From: a virus
DNA length: 64,000 nucleotides
Reading direction: 5' to 3' (one strand)
Virus record (IMG/VR): IMGVR_UViG_3300023174_000056
Location: 32,001 to 96,000 of that record
Below, in pieces: positions 48,882 to 56,804 of this stretch (positions are counted from its first letter, which is position 1; each line of letters opens with the position of its first letter). Below the pieces are notes generated by a model. It ran no database searches and had not been told where the DNA came from. It worked only from the letters and a program-made list of their open reading frames with translations. A program made the translations under genes and the position numbers.

Positions 48882-48916
48882 TATAGCCTCCTAGATTTTT
48901 TTTCTAGGAGGCTATA
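48882..48916 (-). promoter_or_regulatory. 14-bp hairpin masking AGGAGG upstream of protease
   Basis: TATAGCCTCCTAGA-A7-TCTAGGAGGCTATA, no U-tract after it on the coding strand. Confidence 0.75.
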
Positions 48917-48989
48917 TTATGCTACCATTGCAACAACGTCTAACGGGTTGCAACATATAACGACGGATGTATACAGTTTCTGTACGCAT
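48912..48989 (-). CDS. 25-aa leader peptide MRTETVYIRRYMLQPVRRCCNGSII (not in ORF track)
   Basis: GGAGGTGAT RBS just before ATG 48989, ACTATTTA motif upstream, TAG inside hairpin arm. Confidence 0.7.
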   Translation of the reverse strand: MRTETVYIRRYMLQPVRRCCNGSII

Positions 48990-49011
48990 AATAGATCACC
49001 TCCAATCAATA

Positions 49012-49019
49012 TAAATAGT
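49012..49019 (-). promoter_or_regulatory. ACTATTTA motif, putative late promoter
   Basis: 23 nt before leader ORF ATG. Confidence 0.65.
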
Positions 49020-49023
49020 GAAA

Positions 49024-49314
49024 TTAATGTTTTTTCACTTTTATTGTTAAACCGTCGTCATCTGCTATACGTGATAACAGATACGATGTGCCAGATGAAA
49101 TACAACCAGCAACAAACCAATTAAAACTTACATCTATCAAAAAACAATTAATAATTCCAACCCAAAATCCCATACACATAGTACATTTAATCATGTATGA
49201 AATTAAATTATTATTTAAAGAATTAATTTTAATTCTTATTTTTTCAAAAATTTTGCTATAGACTAAGATCATAGTCATTCCATAGCAAGCAAGAACAAAA
49301 ATTAATAAATTCAT
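49024..49314 (-). CDS. small membrane protein with CxxC-x-GFW (DUF1360-like)
   Basis: Three hydrophobic segments, KCTMCMGFWVG. Confidence 0.7.
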   Translation of the reverse strand: MNLLIFVLACYGMTMILVYSKIFEKIRIKINSLNNNLISYMIKCTMCMGFWVGIINCFLIDVSFNWFVAGCISSGTSYLLSRIADDDGLTIKVKKH

Positions 49315-49317
49315 TTA

Positions 49318-49839
49318 TTATTCTGTGCCTTCTTCTTTACCTTGTTGGGTTTCTGCTGCTTCTGGTGATGCTTCCGCTGGCACTGGCTTTTCTTTCTTCA
49401 TTTTACCAGCGGCACCAGAACCTACCATTTGATCGTGAACTAGTTTGTCTAAATCTGTCATAGCAGACATAACTTTTGCATAAAAAGGTTTTGATTCTTC
49501 TCCTTTAAATACAATTTGCATATCTTTATGCAAATCATTAATTTTTGGAAGAATAACTTGTTGAAGTTTTACAGCTCTTTGTTTTGAGTGCGTTTGCATA
49601 CCAATAGTTTTTTTAGTTTTTTCAGCTGAAGCTGCTACATCTTTTGCGCCAACCATTCCAGCGGCTTTGCCAATTCCACCTACAGCGGCAGATTTAGCTG
49701 CGCCCTTTAATCCCTGCCAGCCGCTAGCAACACCAGCCCCAACACGATCAAAAAAACCTTCTTCTAATTGACTTTCTTGTACTACTGATTCCAATTCTTC
49801 TTTAATTATTTGTTCTAAATATTGTTTTGTTACTTTCAT
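49318..49839 (-). CDS. protein with MKVTKxxLxxIIKEE motif (putative internal head protein)
   Basis: Motif then LEEG, AGGAG RBS, ACTACTTA at 49870-49877. Confidence 0.7.
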   Translation of the reverse strand: MKVTKQYLEQIIKEELESVVQESQLEEGFFDRVGAGVASGWQGLKGAAKSAAVGGIGKAAGMVGAKDVAASAEKTKKTIGMQTHSKQRAVKLQQVILPKINDLHKDMQIVFKGEESKPFYAKVMSAMTDLDKLVHDQMVGSGAAGKMKKEKPVPAEASPEAAETQQGKEEGTE

Positions 49840-49893
49840 TTTTTATTTTCTCCTGTAACTGATTATAAATAAGTAGTTCTTGCAAACTTAAAA

Positions 49894-50418
49894 TTAATAA
49901 TTGTAACGATAAATACCACGTGTTGGGAAGCCGTATTTTGGAATGGATCCCTTGAAAGGCTCTTGAGGAACTTCTCCAAGCTCCGTAGAATTTTTGATAC
50001 TTGGCTCCAATAATTGCTTTTCTTTTGCATCATGAAATTCTTTTTCATATGTAAATTCTGGGCGTTGGTCTTCAATAAAATTTGCAATAGTATAAATTGC
50101 TACTTGTAAAGCACTTTCTCCACCTGGGGGAGTTGGATTATACATTGCTTGTAGCGAACCATAAATATTTCCACCAGTTACAGTATCAGGTAATATTGTA
50201 CCCTCTTTTAACATAAAATTAAATAATTTATCTTGTATATTATATACACGATCATTATAATCATCTTTTGGTAAAGATAGAATTTTATTTTTTTCTGGCA
50301 TTACAATAATATCAATCTCGGGGTGTTCCCTGAGAAAATAATCTCCATTAATTGTTCTTGAAATTTGAACTTCTTTTTTTAAGCCAGTTTGTCTATCCTT
50401 AATGGTGATATTTAACAT
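49894..50418 (-). CDS. hypothetical head-module protein
   Basis: 174 aa, GAGGTG RBS, coupled to upstream gene. Confidence 0.7.
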   Translation of the reverse strand: MLNITIKDRQTGLKKEVQISRTINGDYFLREHPEIDIIVMPEKNKILSLPKDDYNDRVYNIQDKLFNFMLKEGTILPDTVTGGNIYGSLQAMYNPTPPGGESALQVAIYTIANFIEDQRPEFTYEKEFHDAKEKQLLEPSIKNSTELGEVPQEPFKGSIPKYGFPTRGIYRYNY

Positions 50419-51233
50419 TATTTGTTCACCTCACTAACAAATTGTTGAATTTTTAAAACTTTTTGTAGATTATCTTGTGATAATTCTTTAATTTGCTTAA
50501 AAGAATTTAAATAATCAAGAGCTTTTTTAGTTTTATCAACTAGGGTAGGATTACTGATTATTTCTTCTTTTTCTAAAGATTTTTCTACTTGCTCTTTTAA
50601 TCTTTCTAATTCTTCATTTAAATAAATTTTTAAATCTAAACCATCATTTTGAAAAGATTCAATATATTTTGTTAATAATTTTTTTTGTTCGTTTAAAAGA
50701 GAGCTGTATTTTTCATTAAATTTTTTGCTAAATGTTTTATAAAGAAGATTATCAATTGGTTGCATAGTTTCTTTTAACTTGTCTTCTTTAATAATTTTAA
50801 TTTTTTCTACGACTGCTTGCTCTAGCAGGATTTTTTCTTTTATTGGAGTTGAGTTATTGAAAATTTGCGAAATAGTAGCAAGGTCTTTATAATTTGGAAC
50901 AAACGAGTTGTATGTATTGAATCCCAACTTCTTATTAATTTTATTAATAAGAGCTGTTTGTTCATTAAAAATTGTTTTTTTATCTAATTTTTCATATCTC
51001 GCTTCAACTTCTTTAACAAATTTTTCAGCATATTGCTCTTCTACACTATTGCTTTCTAAAGCTTCATATAATTTTAGCTCTTTGTTTAGCTCCGTCGAAG
51101 AATTAAAATGCTCACACAAAATATCTCTTACTATTTTTATCTTCTCTAAATTTTGCTCTACTGCTGCTCTTGTACCTTCTCTCAAAAGAGCCTCGTAAAG
51201 AAAAGCGGTGTTTCTTTTCTTATTATGTTTCAT
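50418..51233 (-). CDS. hypothetical protein downstream of portal
   Basis: Start moved to MKHNKKRNT (GGAG RBS); helical. Confidence 0.7.
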   Translation of the reverse strand: MKHNKKRNTAFLYEALLREGTRAAVEQNLEKIKIVRDILCEHFNSSTELNKELKLYEALESNSVEEQYAEKFVKEVEARYEKLDKKTIFNEQTALINKINKKLGFNTYNSFVPNYKDLATISQIFNNSTPIKEKILLEQAVVEKIKIIKEDKLKETMQPIDNLLYKTFSKKFNEKYSSLLNEQKKLLTKYIESFQNDGLDLKIYLNEELERLKEQVEKSLEKEEIISNPTLVDKTKKALDYLNSFKQIKELSQDNLQKVLKIQQFVSEVNK

Positions 51234-53196
51234 TTTTATTTTCTCCAATTACTTCTTTTTTATTTAATTTCTTGTCAAGACTTTTTAATTTTTCTTGAAC
51301 TTCATTTAATAACTGTTCATCTTTTTCATATAGGTCTACTTTTACGTTCTCTGTCATTCTTGCTATAGAGTCTAAGCCATCTTTACCTTTAAATAAGTTT
51401 TTTTGTGAGGAAGAGGCTATATTTGAAGAATACTTAGCAGAGTTGCTTCTCTCTCTAGGTCCATCTGTTTTTCTTTTATCTACAACTTTATATGTATAAG
51501 CTTTCTTTTTGGATTTTTCAGTTTCGTGAGGCAAAGAAGTTCCATCTGCTCTTCTAGCTGGGGCTGCTAATAGTGGAGATTCTTTGCCAGTATCGCCAGT
51601 AGCTGCTGGAGTGGCTGTTTCTGGAGTTGTCTCGGCTGCTGGTGTTTCTGTTCCTTCGTCTCCTCCAAATGTAGCGCCTCCACCAGTACCACCACCGCTT
51701 TCAGCGCCCTCTGCTCCAATAGCTTCTAAAGATTTAGAGAAAGTTGCATCATAACCAAGCTCTCTTTGATTTTTTAAGAAATCATGGTCAGAGAACTTCA
51801 AAATATTTGTAAAAATCCAGTGCTTGCTAATTCCTTGTTCTTTAGCGCTATTAGCAACGCCAAGTTGTTTATCTAAATGTTCTAACTCTTGTAACTCTGC
51901 CAATTTTGATGGATTGTGTAGTCTTAGATTAAATTTTAACAAGTCGTCATTTCTAAAACCAAGAGTGTACAAGTGGATCATACCAATTTTTTCTAGCTCT
52001 GAAATAATAACTCTTTGTAATCTTTGGATCGTGCGAGCAAAACGAATGTCTTTTTGAGCTAACATTGTCTTATCTTCTGCTGCGCCTTCGCCTCTTGCCA
52101 AGTAAGCTTGAGGAATCTTTAAAGCAGAAAATAATTTATCTCTTAAGTATTTAACGTCGTCAATGTCGCCAACAAAGTTAGCACCTGGTAGCGTTTCAAT
52201 AGCTGTAGCGCTTTGGTTACCACGAACTGGGATAAAATAATCTTCATCAATACTCATTGGATTATAACGAAGATCAACACGACCAGTATTTGGGTCAACA
52301 ATTTGATTACGCTTCATCTGCGTAATAATTTTTTGCATGTATTGTTCAACATCTTGAGGAGCAATATTGCCTACGTCAATTTTAAATACTCTACGGTCTG
52401 GCGCACGCACGATGCGGTATGCCATCATAGCGTCTTCTAGTAGTTGTAGCTGTCTCCAGATGCGTCTGGCTGGCTCTAGGATTGAGGTTCCGTATGGAGC
52501 ATATTTATCTTGTCCAAGAATACGAAAATGAGCAATTTGCCAATTTTCAAAAGTTAATTGAGCCGTGTTCCATTGAAATTGAACATAATTTGGGTTTGTT
52601 TCATCTTGTCCTTCCAGTCTTTCTACTTCAGGCGAAGGTAAACCAAGAACACTTTTAACGCCATATTGTTCATCTATATCAAGATACATGAAAAAATCGC
52701 CAAATTTGCACATTGTACGGCACCAACCATACAAATTTTGTTCGATATTTAAAGTTTTATAAAAAAGACTGTGTAAGACATGTTTTATTTCATCATTTTT
52801 ACAGTCAATAGACAATAAAGGTCTAAATTGATTACTTGTTGTCATTTCATCAGCATAAATATCCATAGCAGACGCAATCTCTGGCATGAATTCCATTTGA
52901 TCAAAGTCGCTGTATCGTTCAGCACGACTTTGATTAGCCATAATATTACTTTGAATTGCTTCAAAAGGATTATAACTCTTCTTTTTAAAGCTTTGACCGC
53001 TAGCTGATGTAAATTTAAAGCGGTCTAGATCTCGTCTTGTGAATCTTAGCTGGGCTTCTTGTTTATAATTTGCAATAGGGCCAGAAAATAAACGAGTTAA
53101 GGCAGTATATAATGCCGATTCTTCATTTTTAGGGTTCTTTTTTGATAAATTGTTTGTACCGTATCCTATTGTATTCTTTTTTATATTATTAGCCAT
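51223..53196 (-). CDS. portal protein (gp20-like)
   Basis: EIASAMDIYADE, LEDAMMAYRIVRAPDRRVFKIDVGN, EDYFIP, IETLPG, LFSALKIP. Confidence 0.96.
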   Translation of the reverse strand: MANNIKKNTIGYGTNNLSKKNPKNEESALYTALTRLFSGPIANYKQEAQLRFTRRDLDRFKFTSASGQSFKKKSYNPFEAIQSNIMANQSRAERYSDFDQMEFMPEIASAMDIYADEMTTSNQFRPLLSIDCKNDEIKHVLHSLFYKTLNIEQNLYGWCRTMCKFGDFFMYLDIDEQYGVKSVLGLPSPEVERLEGQDETNPNYVQFQWNTAQLTFENWQIAHFRILGQDKYAPYGTSILEPARRIWRQLQLLEDAMMAYRIVRAPDRRVFKIDVGNIAPQDVEQYMQKIITQMKRNQIVDPNTGRVDLRYNPMSIDEDYFIPVRGNQSATAIETLPGANFVGDIDDVKYLRDKLFSALKIPQAYLARGEGAAEDKTMLAQKDIRFARTIQRLQRVIISELEKIGMIHLYTLGFRNDDLLKFNLRLHNPSKLAELQELEHLDKQLGVANSAKEQGISKHWIFTNILKFSDHDFLKNQRELGYDATFSKSLEAIGAEGAESGGGTGGGATFGGDEGTETPAAETTPETATPAATGDTGKESPLLAAPARRADGTSLPHETEKSKKKAYTYKVVDKRKTDGPRERSNSAKYSSNIASSSQKNLFKGKDGLDSIARMTENVKVDLYEKDEQLLNEVQEKLKSLDKKLNKKEVIGENKNET

Positions 53197-53201
53197 TTAT
53201 T

Positions 53202-54779
53202 TTAACCTTTTATTAGCCAAGCAAATTCTTTATAAACATTTTGCTGCTGATTCATTTTTTGAGCATATTCATATGTTTGCATACCAGGAATGCTTGTATT
53301 TAAATGTGATCTTGAGTTACTAATTGCACCTAAGAAGGCTTTAGAATACTCTAAATTTCTCTCATTGTTAACAATAGCAGTATCACGAACCCAACATCCA
53401 ATTGCTAATGACATAACTAAATCATCATTATAACCTTTTTGGGCTTCTGGGCGGCCATTAATCCAAACAAAGGTATCTAATTCATTTATTGTTCGCTGTG
53501 AATTAATTTTTAGGATCTTATTTCTAACAAACTCATCTAATTTTGCAACAATTAATGGTCTTGTTTTCATTGTTGTTGCAAACCCTGGGACGCTGTTGCT
53601 ACTATATTGAGCGGTTGTTGTATCCATAAATTCATGAGAGCTTTTTGAGCTATAATAAATATTTGGATATCTCATGTCTATTAATTTTGTAATAACAGAA
53701 TACCCAATATTATTGTTTTCAACAACAGCCATACAACCGCCATATTCTAAACCAGTGTCATAAATTAATTTAGCAAAGTTATCTGGGTCTAGTTTACCTT
53801 GGTACTCTGCTACTTGTTCCATATTTTTTACATCAATAATATGAAATACTGAAAAATCTTTGCCGTCGCCACGGGCAACGTCAGCAGTTAAAATATAAGA
53901 ACCACCGGCTTCATACGGTTTCCATATGTGTAAATTTCTATCAACATAGCTTTTATATTTAGCCTCTGATAGATCTACCTTCATTCTTATAATATCTTCT
54001 GGATTGATAACTGTCTCACCCGACGCATTAAAATTACACTCATATTCTTGTGCAATTTCTCTCTTGGACATATTTTTTGTCATATTCGCAAACCATTCTT
54101 GCGTATATTCTGGGTGTACTGTCCAAGGAAGTCTTGTGGGTTTAAAATTATTACCGCCAGCTTCTGAGTCTATGTATGTCTTGTGGAACCAGTTACCTAC
54201 GCCGTTTGGTGTTGATAGGGCTATACAGCGACCACCAGTTGAAATGGTTGGTAATAAGCCAGTCCAAAGCTCGTCCATATCATCAACGAATGCGGCTTCG
54301 TCAATAATAAGAAGGCTCAAAGCCTGACCACGACCAGCATCTTTTGATGTTGGAGTGCCTTGGATCTTTGAGCCGTTATTTAATTCAAATGTTGTTTTAT
54401 TATTTGTTACTACTGTAGCTAGTTTAAGAAACTCTGGAATGGAGTCAATAATGTCTTTAACTTTATCAACAATTTCTATAGCTGTTTTTTGTTTTGTTGC
54501 CATACAAAGAATATTTTTTTCTTTGTGGAACAACATCATCCAAGCGCAATAGCCAGAAACAATTGTAGATATACCAAGCTGACGGCCTTTTAAAATTATA
54601 TTATATCTATGATCGTGGAAATCATTCAATAGATCTTTTTGAAACTTAAAAGTTCTAAAAGGAATTATGCCTTTTTCTTGGTGAGTAATTTTTGCATAAT
54701 TATCTAGGAAGTATGCTGGATCTCGTCCACATTTTATTATTTCGCTTCTGATCTCTTCCTTTGATAATTTATAAGACAT
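53202..54779 (-). CDS. terL: terminase large subunit (gp17-like)
   Basis: KGRQLGIST, LIIDEAAF, LSTPNG, QEYECNF, ADVARG.G.DFS, DDLVMS. Confidence 0.97.
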   Translation of the reverse strand: MSYKLSKEEIRSEIIKCGRDPAYFLDNYAKITHQEKGIIPFRTFKFQKDLLNDFHDHRYNIILKGRQLGISTIVSGYCAWMMLFHKEKNILCMATKQKTAIEIVDKVKDIIDSIPEFLKLATVVTNNKTTFELNNGSKIQGTPTSKDAGRGQALSLLIIDEAAFVDDMDELWTGLLPTISTGGRCIALSTPNGVGNWFHKTYIDSEAGGNNFKPTRLPWTVHPEYTQEWFANMTKNMSKREIAQEYECNFNASGETVINPEDIIRMKVDLSEAKYKSYVDRNLHIWKPYEAGGSYILTADVARGDGKDFSVFHIIDVKNMEQVAEYQGKLDPDNFAKLIYDTGLEYGGCMAVVENNNIGYSVITKLIDMRYPNIYYSSKSSHEFMDTTTAQYSSNSVPGFATTMKTRPLIVAKLDEFVRNKILKINSQRTINELDTFVWINGRPEAQKGYNDDLVMSLAIGCWVRDTAIVNNERNLEYSKAFLGAISNSRSHLNTSIPGMQTYEYAQKMNQQQNVYKEFAWLIKG

Positions 54780-54797
54780 TTCATTACCTATTTTCTA

Positions 54798-55301
54798 TTA
54801 TTTAGACTTTACATTCATTAGCCATCTTTTGGCAATATCTGCAAATTGTTCTTGTTCTGAGTCGTAGACCTTAACATCGCCACGATCTATTTGAACTCCA
54901 CCGATTTTATAAATTTGCACTGCATTTACGTAACAAGTTCTACGGTTAGCTGATTGAACAAGAATTTGAATGTCTCCTTCTTCAACTAAATTAAGGCTAG
55001 ATTTCATTAATTTACGATATTCTTCTTTGATGTGCTTATTTACTTGTTTTACGGTATCTCTAATGTCAGTTTCAAAATTTTTATCATGTACTTTTACTAG
55101 TGGCATTTCTGAATGGTATTTCAAGATCAACCTATCACCTTGGTATTGTACTCCAAAACCGTCCATAACTCTTGGATCATAAATTGAAACACCTTGCACT
55201 AGGTCGTGTGTTTCTCTTTTAAGACCAAATTCTGCACCACCATGATGCTTTGATTTAATTGCTTCTGAGATTCCTGTGATTACTTCTAGGATACTAGCCA
55301 T
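54798..55301 (-). CDS. hypothetical protein
   Basis: 167 aa, GAGG RBS. Confidence 0.7.
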   Translation of the reverse strand: MASILEVITGISEAIKSKHHGGAEFGLKRETHDLVQGVSIYDPRVMDGFGVQYQGDRLILKYHSEMPLVKVHDKNFETDIRDTVKQVNKHIKEEYRKLMKSSLNLVEEGDIQILVQSANRRTCYVNAVQIYKIGGVQIDRGDVKVYDSEQEQFADIAKRWLMNVKSK

Positions 55302-55303
55302 TT

Positions 55304-55642
55304 TTATTTATCCTCTAACTTGCACATATAACATCTATAGCAAGTTTTAAATTTATTTAAGTATAGATCGTCACGCTTGTCAAAAGAATATTTTTTACAT
55401 AAAGAACATTCTTTATCTATATTTTTATTAATTAGTTTCTTTGGTAATAAAACTCCGTCAACCTCTACTTTTTCCTTGTTTTGTTCATTTTTATACTTTT
55501 TATCTATAAAATGTTTTTGGTCTTCTATAAATTGCTTTTCTTTTTCTTCATTCCAAAATTGTTTTGGGTTATATGTAGCCTGTTCCCCATATTTTTCTTT
55601 AACAGCTTTCTCTAAAGCTTGAACAAAATTTAAATCTCTCAT
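55304..55642 (-). CDS. hypothetical protein with C-terminal zinc finger
   Basis: CxxC...CxxC. Confidence 0.7.
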   Translation of the reverse strand: MRDLNFVQALEKAVKEKYGEQATYNPKQFWNEEKEKQFIEDQKHFIDKKYKNEQNKEKVEVDGVLLPKKLINKNIDKECSLCKKYSFDKRDDLYLNKFKTCYRCYMCKLEDK

Positions 55643-56103
55643 TTTGTGACCTGCACTGCTGCATAAAATATAGCTATTGAAGCAGCGAACCCTAAAATAA
55701 AACCTCCAACTAACTTTACATCACTCCATTTTTGTTCTGAGGATAGTTGGTCTATTCTATCTTGTCTTATTTTTAATAAACTTTCATACATATCTTTATT
55801 GATAGCTAGTTCTATTTCTTTCTTCTTAGTTAAAGTTTCTAGTTCTAGGTCTTTCTTCTTTAGTTCTGTATTAAAAGATAATTTTAATTTAGCTAATTCT
55901 TGTTCACGCTCTGTTATTAATTTTACCATAGCGTCTTTATGCAGCAAAAAACCATCGTAAGGGGCTGGTTCTTCCTGTCTAAGCTCTATGTAATCTCCAT
56001 CGTTGTCGTCGTCGGCAACGTCTTCATTTTCAGCAATGGCTGGTAGTGCCGTCAAATAAGAAGACAGCACAATTAAAGCTAATAACTTTTTTAAAAAAAC
56101 CAT
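55639..56103 (-). CDS. secreted coiled-coil protein with C-terminal TM helix (spanin-like candidate)
   Basis: N-terminal signal peptide (..PAIA/E), coiled coil, VGGFILGFAASIAIFYAAV. Confidence 0.55.
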   Translation of the reverse strand: MVFLKKLLALIVLSSYLTALPAIAENEDVADDDNDGDYIELRQEEPAPYDGFLLHKDAMVKLITEREQELAKLKLSFNTELKKKDLELETLTKKKEIELAINKDMYESLLKIRQDRIDQLSSEQKWSDVKLVGGFILGFAASIAIFYAAVQVTK

Positions 56104-56495
56104 TACTTCGATGGTCCCTTCTTTTTCTTTTTTTCCTTTAATCCAAGGACTGCTTTTGCTTCTTTTTTAACCTCTTCTGAGGGTGCTTTTTTTAACTTTT
56201 CTACCTTTTCTTTTGTTTCAGCTTCAAGTTTTGCTTCTGCCTCTTTCTTTTCTTCTTCAAGCTTGGCTTCCGCTGCCTTTTTTTCTGCTTCAAGTTTTGC
56301 TGTTTCGGCAGCTAATTTTGCTGCTGCATCATTTTTTACTTCTTCTTCTTTTACAACTTGCTCTTGCTTTGCCCATTCATCTTGAACGTGCTTACGCCAA
56401 GCTGCAACACCAACAAGCAAGCCAGCAATTACGACACCAACCAATAATTTAAATTTCATGATAGCCTCTCCTAGCATTTTTTTTAATGTTTCCAT
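56103..56495 (-). CDS. N-terminal TM plus coiled-coil protein (i-spanin-like candidate)
   Basis: LLVGVVIAGLLVGVAAW then Ala/Glu/Lys coil; alternative start at 56459 has AGGAGAGG RBS. Confidence 0.55.
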   Translation of the reverse strand: METLKKMLGEAIMKFKLLVGVVIAGLLVGVAAWRKHVQDEWAKQEQVVKEEEVKNDAAAKLAAETAKLEAEKKAAEAKLEEEKKEAEAKLEAETKEKVEKLKKAPSEEVKKEAKAVLGLKEKKKKKGPSK

Positions 56496-56496
56496 G

Positions 56497-56793
56497 TTAT
56501 TTTCCAACTCCCTTCCACTTTGTGGCTAAATCTGTAACTCCTTGAACTCCAATATAACCTAATGATATTGCCATCCATTCGTCTGGCGTAATTTTTCCAA
56601 GGCCTAAGAATGCAGTTGATACAATCCATACAAGTAATTTTCTTGATAAGATTTTTTCAGACACAACATCAATTAAACCAACACCTTCTTTTTGAGCTTT
56701 TTCCATTTCTTCCTCAATTTCTTTTTTTAAGCTACCTAAAATACCAGTGTTAGAGGCATCTTCTGATTTTATCTTACTTCTTCCCTCTGCCAT
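56497..56793 (-). CDS. holin-like small membrane protein
   Basis: LSRKLLVWIV...W..ISLGYIGVQG..D two-TM pattern. Confidence 0.55.
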   Translation of the reverse strand: MAEGRSKIKSEDASNTGILGSLKKEIEEEMEKAQKEGVGLIDVVSEKILSRKLLVWIVSTAFLGLGKITPDEWMAISLGYIGVQGVTDLATKWKGVGK

Positions 56794-56804
56794 TTTACAT
56801 CTCC

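Noticed and set aside
48882-48916. Hairpin as an ordinary intrinsic terminator
   Set aside because: No U-tract after the stem on the coding strand, and it lies between a putative late promoter and an essential gene
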